Assembly: GCA_043788995.1 (NCBI GenBank)
Contig: JAYWII010000121.1
Span: 15,361 to 79,360 of the forward strand
Direction: 5' to 3'
DNA: 64,000 nt
Source of the DNA: Chitinophagaceae bacterium
Lineage (GTDB): Bacteria; Bacteroidota; Bacteroidia; Chitinophagales; Chitinophagaceae
Shown here: in pieces, positions 38,479 to 48,868 of the stretch
How the letters are laid out: each line of letters starts with the position of its first letter
Position numbering within the stretch: the first letter of the stretch is position 1
The notes under the pieces: generated by a model
The model's database searches: none
The model's input: the letters and a program-made list of their open reading frames with translations, nothing else
What the model was told of the DNA's origin: nothing
Translations under genes and position numbers: made by a program

Positions 38479-38513
38479 TACTGCATCCTCCGCCCTGTGC
38501 TTTGGATGCAGTA
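38479..38513 (-). other. Intercistronic stem-loop downstream of atpE
   Basis: TACTGCATCC/GGATGCAGTA perfect 10-bp stem. Confidence 0.7.
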
Positions 38514-38531
38514 ATAATTTTTGCTTTGGTA

Positions 38532-38786
<255 letters not shown>

Positions 38787-38809
38787 TTATATTGATTAAA
38801 AAATAAACG

Positions 38810-38834
38810 CCCCTAAATCCCCAAAAGCGGATTT
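38810..38834. repeat. Degenerate REP-like element between atpB and atpE
   Basis: CCCCTAAATCCCCAAAAGCGGATTT. Confidence 0.5.
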
Positions 38835-38840
38835 GAAATA

Positions 38841-39953
38841 CTAATGGTGTGCCGCTGCACCTTCTTCATGATGCTCCCCTTCAAAAGCCTGACCGATAAA
38901 CACTGCCGTAAGCATAGTAAAAATAAAGGCCTGTAAAAAAGCCACCAATACTTCAATCAAATAGATAAATACGGTGAATGCTATTGAAACCGGCGATACA
39001 CCCCACCCTGCACCCACTGCAATTTTTTCTGCAAAAATGAATATCATTGATATTAAGCAGATGATAATGATATGCCCTGCAACCATGTTTGCAAAAAGAC
39101 GTATGATCAAAGCAAATGGCTTAATGAATACGCTTAAAAATTCTACTGGAACCAGGATGAATTTTACACCCAGCGGTACGCCAGGAGGATTAAAAATATG
39201 TCCCCAATAGTGACTGTTAGAACTGGCCATGATCACAATAAAAGATATTACACCCAATACTAATGTAAATGCAATATTTCCTGTAACATTTGCTGTGCCA
39301 GGTATTAATCCAAAAATATTATTGATAAGAATAAAGAAAAATACCGTTAACAGGTAAGGCAGGTATTTATTTGTTTTGTGACCCAGATTAGGCTTTGCCA
39401 CTTCATCCCTTACAAATCCTACTAATACTTCCACTAAGTTCTGCTTGCCCTTTGGTGCTGAAGTAACTCCCTGCCCTTTTGAATATGTTTTTGCAACACT
39501 GATCATCAACCAAACTAAAAGGGTTAAAGCCAGTATCATTTGCACCACGTTACGTGTCAGGGAAAAATCATACACTTTTACACCCTCTTCTACTGATTCA
39601 ATCTTACCTTCTGCATTCAATTTATAGCCATCCACTTCCTGGTGACCATGCTCAAATTTAGAAGACATAAAAACAGAGAGGCCCTTTTGAGGGGAATAAA
39701 GTATTACAGGAAGTGGTATTGAAATGGGGTGCTTTTCACCGTCGCTGCCTTTGTATTCAGCAAAATGAAAATCATGGGCATCCATAATATGACCAAAAAT
39801 CACCTCTTTGGCATTAAACTGTTCCTTTTCTCCGGCTTCATGCCCTGCTGGGGCACCATGCTCTTCATGCTGAGCCTTTACAGTATACGATGAAATTAAA
39901 AATATTGTGCTAAGAACCGCTGCCAGTAATGATTTGGTGCCTTTTGAAAACAT
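38841..39953 (-). CDS. atpB: ATP synthase subunit a, with Bacteroidota-type N-terminal extension
   Basis: KPFALIIRLFANMVAGH, LVAFLQAFIF; -7 box TATCTTTG at 39981-39974. Confidence 0.96.
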   Translation of the reverse strand: MFSKGTKSLLAAVLSTIFLISSYTVKAQHEEHGAPAGHEAGEKEQFNAKEVIFGHIMDAHDFHFAEYKGSDGEKHPISIPLPVILYSPQKGLSVFMSSKFEHGHQEVDGYKLNAEGKIESVEEGVKVYDFSLTRNVVQMILALTLLVWLMISVAKTYSKGQGVTSAPKGKQNLVEVLVGFVRDEVAKPNLGHKTNKYLPYLLTVFFFILINNIFGLIPGTANVTGNIAFTLVLGVISFIVIMASSNSHYWGHIFNPPGVPLGVKFILVPVEFLSVFIKPFALIIRLFANMVAGHIIIICLISMIFIFAEKIAVGAGWGVSPVSIAFTVFIYLIEVLVAFLQAFIFTMLTAVFIGQAFEGEHHEEGAAAHH

Positions 39954-40043
39954 AACTTATCCGAAATTTGGCGCAAAGATAGGCGTTTAGGGGTAAAATT
40001 GATAATGAACAAAAGAGATTTTTATAGAGATTTTCCGGCATGT

Positions 40044-40529
40044 TTAATCAAGGCCCATTTCCTTACGTAGCAGCTTTATTTTTTCCAGTTCCATTACATC
40101 AAGCTGGTCTTTGGAACGGTTGATCGCTTTTTTATTGGCTATTAGGTGATTGATGTGGAGAAAAGGGACTTTTACATTTTCTATTTCAGCAATGGTGGCC
40201 ATTTGAAGACATTCATCAAACGAATAACCTTCCAGCCCTTTCATATTTATCAGGATATCCAATACAATCCCATTCCTTATATAGAAATTTGTCCACCCCG
40301 GAACAAACTGCATATCCTCCCAATCCAAATCCTCATAACCAAAAACCTTCATCGCTTTACCCAGGTTCACCCGGTTTGCAGCTTCATCTTTTATCCATAT
40401 ATCCACATCCTGTGTAGCCCTTAAATATCCATGCATGTTAACTGCAAATCCACCAAACATTATATACAATACATCACTTACCGCAAGTGAATTCCAAAAT
40501 GATATTAAATCTTCATCAAAAATATCCAT
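40044..40529 (-). CDS. Nucleotidyltransferase-fold protein (DUF6036-like)
   Basis: GGFAVNMHG...RATQDVDIW, K...R.KD..D. Confidence 0.75.
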   Translation of the reverse strand: MDIFDEDLISFWNSLAVSDVLYIMFGGFAVNMHGYLRATQDVDIWIKDEAANRVNLGKAMKVFGYEDLDWEDMQFVPGWTNFYIRNGIVLDILINMKGLEGYSFDECLQMATIAEIENVKVPFLHINHLIANKKAINRSKDQLDVMELEKIKLLRKEMGLD

Positions 40530-40532
40530 TGA

Positions 40533-40739
40533 TTATTCAATCATTTTTTTGTGGGTGACCTTTGCGTTTTTCATCATGATGCCAATACGCATGAGTTTGG
40601 TAAACATTTTAAATTTTTCTGTATCTGAAGAAAGTATGGATTCTTTACGCCTCCTGGTTTCAAGATTTTCATAAGCAGCCGCTTCATCATTCAGTACGTT
40701 GGGCACTGCTTCATTTAGTGAATATCCCTTTTTGCTCAT
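40533..40739 (-). CDS. Small hypothetical protein, partner of the nucleotidyltransferase
   Basis: 68 aa from ATG at 40739, just after -7-like TAAATTGCA; 3-bp gap to the next gene. Confidence 0.6.
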   Translation of the reverse strand: MSKKGYSLNEAVPNVLNDEAAAYENLETRRRKESILSSDTEKFKMFTKLMRIGIMMKNAKVTHKKMIE

Positions 40740-40779
40740 ACTGCAATTTACTAAAATACTGGGGATATTAAAGGCTAAT

Positions 40780-42567
40780 TTATACCAATACCTTCTGCTT
40801 TTCAAACTGCATTTTTTGTAACTGGTAATAAAATCCTTTATGAGAAATCAGTTCGTCGTGTGTTCCTATCTCTTTTATTTCACCTTTGTCCAGCACCAAA
40901 ATTTTACTGGCCTTGCGAATGGTGGAAAGCCTGTGGGCTATCACAATGGAAGTTCTGCCGGCGATTAGTTTTTCTATTGCCTGTTGGATCAGTTGCTCAC
41001 TTTCGGTATCTACAGAAGAAGTTGCCTCATCTAAAATAAGGATGGCAGGATCATACAAAACGGCCCTTACAAATGACAATAATTGCCGTTGCCCTAATGA
41101 TAAAGTAGCACCTCTCTCCATTACATTATAATGATACCCTCCCGGCAACCGCATTATGAAATCATGGATACCAATCATTTTTGCTGCTTCTATTACCTGC
41201 TCTTCTTTAATATCAGGATTACGCAGTGTGACGTTATCATAGACTGATCCGCTGAATAAAAAAACATCCTGCAACACCACCGCAATTTTACTCCGCAGGT
41301 AAAAAAGCTCGAAAGATTCTATATCGGTATCATCAATTTTGATAGTGCCCTTCTGAATATGATACAATCGGTTGAGCAAACTGATAATAGAAGTTTTCCC
41401 ACTGCCTGTATGACCTACAATTGCCAAAGTTTCCCCGGCAGCAATGTCAAAAGAAATATTTTTCAACACATACTTCTCATCGTTGTAGGCAAACCAAACA
41501 TTATTAAAAGAAACACTGCCCTTCATTTTTGCAGGCCCCAGTTTACCATCGTTGTGAGCACTGTCATCAATATCCAGCACTTTAAAAACCCGTTCGCTGG
41601 CTATCATTCCCATTTGCAGCACATTAAATTTATCTGCGATCATTCTCAATGGGCGGAACAGCAAGTTCAAACAGATAATAAATGAAGTGATGGTACCGGC
41701 AGCATGAGGATCTCCACCACCACCAGCTTTCCATACCAGCAAGCCAGTAGAAAAAGCAAGGATCAACTCAACCAACGGGAAGAAAACAGAATAAGCAAAA
41801 ATTGCTTTGATATTAGCATTTCGATGTTCCTTGTTGATAGCATTGAATTTATTAAACTCCCTGTCTTCAGCAGCAAAAGTTTGTACTATTGCCATGCCGG
41901 TAATGTGTTCCTGTACAAAAGCATTCAGCTGTGCCACCGCATTACGTACTCTTATAAAAGAACGATTCACACTTTCTTTAAAATAATAAGTGGCAATAAT
42001 CAACAAAGGAAAAGGGGCAAGACATATCAGTGTAAGCCGCCAGTCTATATTGAACATGTAGATCAACACAGCAAGGATAGACAAAAGGTCTGCAATAATT
42101 GGTATTAACCCATCGCTGAAAATATCATTAATAGATTCTATATCGTTAATGGTTCTGGTGGTAAGGGTACCAATGGGTGTTTTATCATATTGAGAAAGAT
42201 TAAGACCGATCACTTTTTTGTAGGTGGCTATCCGCATATCTTTTACCACACTCTGCCCAAGAGATGCAGTAAAAAATGTAAAGACAAAACGAAATGCCGA
42301 TTCCAGTATCAACAAGGCCATTTGTATTATGGTGATGCCAATAATAACTGAAGCCGCCCCATGCAAAAACCAAAAACTGGAATCGCTTTGTAATCCCCGG
42401 TTGATTGTCATTTGTATCAACCATGGCCTTACAGGAGAGATAACAGCAAGAAAGAAAGCAAGAAAAAGAGAATAGTAAAACTTGCTTTTATAGGGTGCAG
42501 CAAAATGAAGTACCCTGCGGAATAATGAAAAATTGAATATTTTTTTTGGTTGTGCCGTTCCGCTCAT
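40780..42567 (-). CDS. ABC exporter, fused permease/ATPase (MsbA-like family)
   Basis: Walker A GHTGSGKT, LSLGQRQ, ILDEATSSVD. Confidence 0.93.
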   Translation of the reverse strand: MSGTAQPKKIFNFSLFRRVLHFAAPYKSKFYYSLFLAFFLAVISPVRPWLIQMTINRGLQSDSSFWFLHGAASVIIGITIIQMALLILESAFRFVFTFFTASLGQSVVKDMRIATYKKVIGLNLSQYDKTPIGTLTTRTINDIESINDIFSDGLIPIIADLLSILAVLIYMFNIDWRLTLICLAPFPLLIIATYYFKESVNRSFIRVRNAVAQLNAFVQEHITGMAIVQTFAAEDREFNKFNAINKEHRNANIKAIFAYSVFFPLVELILAFSTGLLVWKAGGGGDPHAAGTITSFIICLNLLFRPLRMIADKFNVLQMGMIASERVFKVLDIDDSAHNDGKLGPAKMKGSVSFNNVWFAYNDEKYVLKNISFDIAAGETLAIVGHTGSGKTSIISLLNRLYHIQKGTIKIDDTDIESFELFYLRSKIAVVLQDVFLFSGSVYDNVTLRNPDIKEEQVIEAAKMIGIHDFIMRLPGGYHYNVMERGATLSLGQRQLLSFVRAVLYDPAILILDEATSSVDTESEQLIQQAIEKLIAGRTSIVIAHRLSTIRKASKILVLDKGEIKEIGTHDELISHKGFYYQLQKMQFEKQKVLV

Positions 42568-42651
42568 AAGGCAAAGTTAGCTGGTTGGTTTGAATGGATT
42601 AAAATGGCTGGCATACTGTTTTGAAGAATTATATTTTTTATAACTCTACAT

Positions 42652-44880
42652 TTAATACATCTCGCCGCTCTTTGCTGTTTCCATTTTTTTATTATAAGCC
42701 TTGATAAAAATAGCTCCCAGGTTTTTGTATGGTGGTACGTAATCGTCCCAGCTTTCTCTCATTGCTTTATTGGGGTCAGCATAAAATAATTTGGTGAGAG
42801 ATGCCCACATATCTTTCCATACAACCGGTTTGCCAGACAACAAGTTTTGATTCAGGTAACTGATGATGGGTCTGTTAATATCACCCTTCCCAATCTCTTT
42901 GGTGGATACAATATGTGCATCAGGGCTAACCTCTAATATTTCACTTAGGTTTTTATAGCCGCCGCAAGAACCAAGTAAGATGATTTTGGCATTGGGCTCC
43001 ATACGTGAAATGGTACGTGGCAACCAGTAACTATGGCCCCGGTGAATAACTATAGAAGGATTCATATCATTTTTACGGAGATACCTGCCCAGGTGCACCT
43101 GTGCGGTATCATCCAGGTTTTTATCGCTATCTAATGGCAGGTTAGCATAGACCAGGATTGGTTGCCCTTTTATAGATTTTATTTCCACCCATTCTTTTTG
43201 TCTTGTTATTTTCCAGTCTGCTCCACTAAAAGAATTTACAAACTGGGGGAAAAAGTTTTTACCATCTTCATCCCCGTAAAAAAACACCTGCTCCACTATC
43301 CTGCCTTTATCATCGCCCAGGTATTTATTATCTAATGAATAAATGGAAGGAATGCCTAACTGTTCTGTAAGGTCTATAGTATTATCATCTGCAGAAGCAA
43401 AAATCAATTTTAAAAGACCATAGATGGTTTTACCCTTTGCGTTGTTTTGCTGGATGCTTTTTAGCTCGTTATCCTTTACATTTTGAAACATGTTATTTAA
43501 CAGTTGCCTGTTGGTAATGCTGCTGTAACTGTCTGCAACATCCACTGCATCTTCAAGGTCACTTGTTTTATCAAGGTTGGATACAAATGCTTTCATTAAA
43601 ACAGTAGCATTTTCAGCAGGCATCATTTTCAGCAGCGTATCCAACTGGTTATAGTTAGCCGCCATCTTAATAAATTTCTTAAAGAAATCCATCTTCACAT
43701 TCAGCAATAAATTATCGGAACGTGGCTGCGGTCCCATCAACTGTACCAGCCTGCTGAAACTGTGTTTATAACTGGAGGTGTAAATATCATTCTCCCCCAT
43801 TACCATCATAAAATATAATTCTTCCGCAGTTAGTGGTTGAATCGCTTTCATCCTGACGGCAAGATTATTCTGTTCATGCAATTCATTGATCGGAGTAATA
43901 AAATACCGCAGAGCTTTCTTTTGCAGCATATCTCTTAAGCCATTAGTTCCAAACATAGCAACCGGTGTATCTCTTTTGATCAGTCTTTCATAATAGCCGA
44001 TCTCTGTTTTTACCAACAGCTTATAGTAGCTGATGGTATCCATATTTTTTTCTCCGTCTCCCACAACCTTTTTAATACTGTCTATAGATTGTTTACCATT
44101 TAAAATATCATCTAAAAAAGGATAGTATAATAATGCCCCTGCAGTATGGCTTAGTCTTGCCACTGCCTTCACCATTGGATCCGTGTTGCGTCTTATCAAT
44201 TTACCTTCGGGAGAACTGGAAGACGATGCATAATCGTATAATTGTTTAGGATCATTTTTACAGGCCACTACCACCAGGCTGTCTGCAAAAGGCTCACTGG
44301 CAAAAGGTCTGATAGTAGCCAGTATCTTATCAGGATTATGAGAGGTGTATTTTAGGTATAAAATTCTTTTACTTTCCTGGTAACCGGAGTTTTTATTAAA
44401 AATTTCTACAATAATCATACCTACAGCATAAGGCGCTTCCCTAATGAACGGCACCATACTCAGGGTGTCAATATTGGCTTTAAAAATTTTTTCGAAATTA
44501 GCAATGAGCGCTGGTGCTAATACCGGGTTAAATTTTTTTCGCTTCCAATCCAGCCTGAAATTTTTAACCAGCTCTTCTATAAAATTTAGCTGTCTTATTT
44601 TTTCATTATTGGTAGTTACTTTATCGCTGGTCTCTACGTAATCCCTTAGTTCATTGATCCTGCGGATAAGGGCATCTGTTACCAGCAGGTTCACTTCATC
44701 ATTGGCAGATGCTTTTATAAAACTGTCCAGTTTACCATCTTCCTTATCGCACTTTGTTTGTTCTTCTCTTATGCGGTCGTGAAAACGCTGTCGCTGAAAG
44801 GGCACTACAGCAGAGTCTGCCATTGCAAAAGAATCGACACAACTAAATATCAAAAGAAACCAGAGTAACGCTTTTTTCAT
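42652..44880 (-). CDS. Large secreted hypothetical protein, possible C-terminal clan CD-like Cys peptidase domain
   Basis: Signal peptide; VIHRGHS...ILLGSCGG near the C-terminus. Confidence 0.6.
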   Translation of the reverse strand: MKKALLWFLLIFSCVDSFAMADSAVVPFQRQRFHDRIREEQTKCDKEDGKLDSFIKASANDEVNLLVTDALIRRINELRDYVETSDKVTTNNEKIRQLNFIEELVKNFRLDWKRKKFNPVLAPALIANFEKIFKANIDTLSMVPFIREAPYAVGMIIVEIFNKNSGYQESKRILYLKYTSHNPDKILATIRPFASEPFADSLVVVACKNDPKQLYDYASSSSSPEGKLIRRNTDPMVKAVARLSHTAGALLYYPFLDDILNGKQSIDSIKKVVGDGEKNMDTISYYKLLVKTEIGYYERLIKRDTPVAMFGTNGLRDMLQKKALRYFITPINELHEQNNLAVRMKAIQPLTAEELYFMMVMGENDIYTSSYKHSFSRLVQLMGPQPRSDNLLLNVKMDFFKKFIKMAANYNQLDTLLKMMPAENATVLMKAFVSNLDKTSDLEDAVDVADSYSSITNRQLLNNMFQNVKDNELKSIQQNNAKGKTIYGLLKLIFASADDNTIDLTEQLGIPSIYSLDNKYLGDDKGRIVEQVFFYGDEDGKNFFPQFVNSFSGADWKITRQKEWVEIKSIKGQPILVYANLPLDSDKNLDDTAQVHLGRYLRKNDMNPSIVIHRGHSYWLPRTISRMEPNAKIILLGSCGGYKNLSEILEVSPDAHIVSTKEIGKGDINRPIISYLNQNLLSGKPVVWKDMWASLTKLFYADPNKAMRESWDDYVPPYKNLGAIFIKAYNKKMETAKSGEMY

Positions 44881-45036
44881 ACTGTAAAATCAATTGCAAA
44901 GATGACGAAAATAACCTTTGCTTTTGCTAACATGCCCGGGCGGTAAAATCAACCGGGCAATTGTTTTAAAAATTTGGTTAACAATTTAATAATATATAAG
45001 CAGGCCAAACCTGCAACTTTAATTAATATGATAGAG

Positions 45037-45044
45037 TACTTTTG
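45037..45044 (+). promoter_or_regulatory. -7 promoter box for the response regulator
   Basis: TACTTTTG, 15 nt before the ATG. Confidence 0.65.
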
Positions 45045-45059
45045 CATCGCAAATAACGT

Positions 45060-45740
45060 ATGAGTACTGTTAAAAAAGTTTTAATTGCAGATGATGAGCC
45101 AGATATCCTGGAGATAATTCAGTTTAACCTGCAGACTGAAGGCTACGAAGTGATCACTGCAAAGAATGGTGATGAAGCCCTTGAACTGGCTAAAAAACAC
45201 CAGCCCAATTTGATTATCTTAGATGTGATGATGCCTTATAAAAATGGCATCGAGGTTTGTAACATCCTTCGCTCTCAGCCGGCCTTTAAAGATACATTGA
45301 TCATTTTTCTTTCAGCATTGAGCGATGAAAGCACGGAGGTTCGTGGACTGGAAACAGGAGCAGATGATTATTTAACCAAACCCATCAGCCCGAAAATTTT
45401 AGTAAGTAAGGTGAACGCATTGTTCAGGCGGTTGAACAACAAACAGGGCGGCGATGTAATCAATATTGGCGACCTTGCCATTGACAGGGAAAAATATATT
45501 ATCCGCTACAAAGGCGGTGACATCATTCTTGCAAGAAAAGAATTTGAACTACTGGCACTGCTGGCATCCAAACCCAATAAAGTTTTTCTACGCAACGAAA
45601 TATTAAACCAGGTTTGGGGAACAGAAGTAATTGTTGGAGACCGCACCATTGATGTACATATCAGGAAAATAAGACAGAAATTAAATTTAGACTGCATTAC
45701 CACCGTAAAAGGAGTGGGCTATAAATTTGAAATGCAGTAA
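45060..45740 (+). CDS. OmpR/PhoB family response regulator (PhoB-like)
   Basis: DDEPDI, LDVMMP, GADDYLTKP, RTIDVHIRKIRQK, TVKGVGYKF. Confidence 0.92.
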   Translation: MSTVKKVLIADDEPDILEIIQFNLQTEGYEVITAKNGDEALELAKKHQPNLIILDVMMPYKNGIEVCNILRSQPAFKDTLIIFLSALSDESTEVRGLETGADDYLTKPISPKILVSKVNALFRRLNNKQGGDVINIGDLAIDREKYIIRYKGGDIILARKEFELLALLASKPNKVFLRNEILNQVWGTEVIVGDRTIDVHIRKIRQKLNLDCITTVKGVGYKFEMQ

Positions 45741-45759
45741 CCCCCATCCCAAAAAGGGG
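45740..45759 (+). repeat. Single REP-like copy after the response regulator stop
   Basis: 18/20 match, followed by the same TGTTA flank as the copy at 24577. Confidence 0.75.
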
Positions 45760-45811
45760 TGTTACATTTATAAACAAATATCTTTGCCAATAAATATCGA
45801 AAGAAACAGGC

Positions 45812-46861
45812 ATGTTTTCAGCAAAGAATTTATCTCCACAGCAATTATCTGCTTTTACAGCAGGCATTATTGCAGCACCAGTAAGCCTGGGTATTTATTT
45901 TTTAAAACCTGTTTGGTGGGTGGCCCTTACTGCATTTGTTATCATCTTCCTTGGTGCTTACGGCCTGGTGCTTTTTATGGTGCAGCAATTTATTTACAGG
46001 AAAATAAAATTGATCTATAAACTCATCTCTCAAACAAAAGCAAGTAAACGGGAAGAGTTCTATTATAAAAATATCCTGCCCCAAAAAAGTATGGATGAAG
46101 TAAGAGCAGATGTGGAAGACTGGGCAAGACAAAAGAAAGCTGAGATAGAAATCTTACAACAGAACGAAGCATACCGCAAAGAGTTTTTGCAAAATTTATC
46201 TCATGAATTAAAGACACCCATTTTTGCTATACAGGGTTATGTAGATACATTATTGAATGGTGCGTTGGAAAACCCGAATGTGAACCGTAAGTTTTTAAAC
46301 AGCACTTCAAGAAACATCGACAGGTTAGTAAATTTAGCCGATGACCTGGATGAGATCTCAAGACTGGAAGGCGGTGAGCAAAAGTTACTGATAGAAAACT
46401 TTGTAATACAGGAATTGATAAAAGATGTGTATGAATCACTGGCGATAAAAGCGGATGAAAAACAAATAAAGCTCACCATTAAAAAAGGCTGTGAAGTTCC
46501 ATTAACGGTAAATGCGGATAAAGAAAAAATGAGGCAGGTATTTATTAACCTGGTGGACAATGCTATTAAATATGGCAAGCAACACGGTGTAATTGAAGCC
46601 AGTATTTATAAGATAGACAGTAAAAGAATATTAGTAGAGATTACGGATGATGGGATGGGTATTGCGGAAGAACACCTGGGAAGAATTTTTGAACGTTTTT
46701 ACAGAACAGATGCTGCCCGGAGTAGAAAAATTGGAGGCAGTGGTCTGGGGCTTGCGATTTGTAAACACATTATAGAGGCACACGGACAAACGATGCATGT
46801 ACGCAGCGCCATTGACGTAGGAACCACTTTTGGTTTTACATTAGACAGCAGGAAAGAATAA
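45812..46861 (+). CDS. Sensor histidine kinase (PhoR-like)
   Basis: Two TM helices, H-box LSHELKTP, NAIKY, DDGMGI, GGSGLGL. Confidence 0.92.
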   Translation: MFSAKNLSPQQLSAFTAGIIAAPVSLGIYFLKPVWWVALTAFVIIFLGAYGLVLFMVQQFIYRKIKLIYKLISQTKASKREEFYYKNILPQKSMDEVRADVEDWARQKKAEIEILQQNEAYRKEFLQNLSHELKTPIFAIQGYVDTLLNGALENPNVNRKFLNSTSRNIDRLVNLADDLDEISRLEGGEQKLLIENFVIQELIKDVYESLAIKADEKQIKLTIKKGCEVPLTVNADKEKMRQVFINLVDNAIKYGKQHGVIEASIYKIDSKRILVEITDDGMGIAEEHLGRIFERFYRTDAARSRKIGGSGLGLAICKHIIEAHGQTMHVRSAIDVGTTFGFTLDSRKE

Positions 46862-46903
46862 ATTTTTTTCCGTTGGAACAGAGTAATTTTGCTCTGTCTA
46901 TTT

Positions 46904-47491
46904 TTATTTCAACAGGGTGTACTTTTTTTCATAAATGTGTTTCCCTAAGGGCAAACTTTTTTTTAGCTTCCAAAAATGTCTTGCTTCTGTAATTGTCTTG
47001 CCAGGATTATCTGCAAAAAAGTCACGGATATATTGATTATACTGGTTGCCACTGGGAATATCACTTTTGAAGTTTTTCTGTTTACTTAATTCATGCAATC
47101 TTTCCCATTCCTTAACAGCATCTTCTAAAGTCTTGCCGCAATTATTTTTCATAAACTTCATAAAAGGAATACTAAAATGGAATTTGTCGCCGCAATGTTC
47201 TTTAAAAAATTTTCTTGTGTTTGGTCCGTTGGTATAGGTATCGGTGACAATTGTGTTTAAAGTTAACTTAGATCTGGACCAAACAAATTTTGAGGTTGGC
47301 TTATTTATTGAAATTTTAAAATCACTCACTCCTTTGTCTATTACATTTGCAATCCTTTCCAAAATATCAAACTTTGTTCCAGCGTAACTTAATTTTTTCA
47401 TCTTACAAAAAGCGGTCAATTCTTCTTTCAGCCAATACCACCGTTTTAGTTCTTCTCCTGTTTTAATATTTTTTATACCTGGTCTTTTCAT
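46904..47491 (-). CDS. Hypothetical protein (DUF6434-like/SAP-like)
   Basis: YWLKEEL..FC, QYNQYIRDFF motifs recalled from that family. Confidence 0.65.
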   Translation of the reverse strand: MKRPGIKNIKTGEELKRWYWLKEELTAFCKMKKLSYAGTKFDILERIANVIDKGVSDFKISINKPTSKFVWSRSKLTLNTIVTDTYTNGPNTRKFFKEHCGDKFHFSIPFMKFMKNNCGKTLEDAVKEWERLHELSKQKNFKSDIPSGNQYNQYIRDFFADNPGKTITEARHFWKLKKSLPLGKHIYEKKYTLLK

Positions 47492-47520
47492 ATTGGGTTT
47501 ATTGGTAAAGTAGCACTTGC

Positions 47521-48714
47521 CTATTCAATTATCTTCTCTTCAATTTTACCTGTCTGCTTATTTTTGAGAATCACTTTTTTTGCTCCGTAATGAGTCATCT
47601 CTTCTTTGATTAAATAATGATCAGCATCATATTCTACCAGATGGCTTTCTTTACTCAACCCTGTTTTGCCACGCCAGTCTTCCAGTAATACAGGCTCCCA
47701 CAATTTTGTTTTGGCACTTTTGTAAGCTGCGTCAATTATGGCATTCACAACGTATCCATCATAAAATGTTTCCCTTGGTACTGTGCCATTCTCCATACAC
47801 CTGAACATTTCTGTGAACATGTGATTATATCCCAGTTCATTGATCTCATCTCCTACCGGGAATAACCATCCGCTGTTACTCTCTGCTTTTTCGGCAATAT
47901 AATCTCCACCCTTACCTGTAGTAAACATTTCAAAACCAGTTCTTAAAAAATTATTGATCCAGATAGTTCCTTCTGTGCCCATTACTTCATCTCTAAGATC
48001 TAAACCACCACGAAAGGTCCAGCTCACTTCAAACTGTGCAATCGCACCATTTTCATATTTGATCAAAGCTATAGCATGATCTTCTGCATCGATGGGTTTT
48101 ACCTGTGTATCTGCCCAGCACATCACTTCTATTGGCTTAATATCTTTCCCAATAAAACTCCTGGTGATCTCGATACAATGACAACCCAGATCTAAAATAC
48201 ATCCACCGCCGGCAAGTTCAATATTCCAAAACCAATCACTGTGTGGACCCGGATGTGTTTCCCTGCTCTTGGCCCACAATATTCTACCTAGAGCACCGCT
48301 CTTTACACTCTCGTATGCTTTTAAAAATTTAGGAGCATACACCAGGTCTTCCAGGTAACCATTGAAGATGCCTGCTTCCTCTACTGCCTTCAGCATACGT
48401 AACGCTTCAGCAGCATTTCTGCCAAGCGGCTTGGTGGTGATAACTGCTTTTTTATGTTTACAGCAAAGCATTACCGCTTCCTCATGCAGATGGTTAGGTA
48501 AGGCTATGCATACAACATCTGTATCAGGGTGAGCAATGGATTCTTCCATGTCAGCAGTGAAATGCTGGCAGCTATAATCTGCTGCAAATTTTTTTGCACT
48601 TTCTTCTTTACGGGAATAGACACTTGTGATGATATCCTTACTTCTTTGACCCAGTATGGAATCTGCATAAAAGCGGCCGATAAAACCAGACCCAAGCATT
48701 GCAATACGTTTCAT
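47521..48714 (-). CDS. Gfo/Idh/MocA family oxidoreductase
   Basis: GSGFIG, ALPNHLH, TKP, GGGCILDLGCH. Confidence 0.9.
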   Translation of the reverse strand: MKRIAMLGSGFIGRFYADSILGQRSKDIITSVYSRKEESAKKFAADYSCQHFTADMEESIAHPDTDVVCIALPNHLHEEAVMLCCKHKKAVITTKPLGRNAAEALRMLKAVEEAGIFNGYLEDLVYAPKFLKAYESVKSGALGRILWAKSRETHPGPHSDWFWNIELAGGGCILDLGCHCIEITRSFIGKDIKPIEVMCWADTQVKPIDAEDHAIALIKYENGAIAQFEVSWTFRGGLDLRDEVMGTEGTIWINNFLRTGFEMFTTGKGGDYIAEKAESNSGWLFPVGDEINELGYNHMFTEMFRCMENGTVPRETFYDGYVVNAIIDAAYKSAKTKLWEPVLLEDWRGKTGLSKESHLVEYDADHYLIKEEMTHYGAKKVILKNKQTGKIEEKIIE

Positions 48715-48785
48715 TTATATAAGTTTGATGTGGGTCTTAAAGTTAAGTAAAACGTTTATTCAATACCGCAGTTTTGTTGAATGTT

Positions 48786-48853
48786 TTAATACAATTATTC
48801 ATGTTTTGTTAACAGCCAGTTCATATTAAAGAAACATAGCTATTTGAACTTTG
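48786..48853 (+). promoter_or_regulatory. Candidate Pho-box-like array plus -7 box
   Basis: TTCATG(48798), TTAACA(48809), TTCATA(48820), GAAACA(48831) at 11-bp period, 9-nt gap, GAACTTTG(48846). Confidence 0.5.
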
Positions 48854-48868
48854 ATTTAAACTCTACCA

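Noticed and set aside
46904-47491. Second integron-like cassette
   Set aside because: No GTTAG/CTAAC cores flank the ORF; it is simply co-oriented downstream of the Gfo/Idh/MocA gene.
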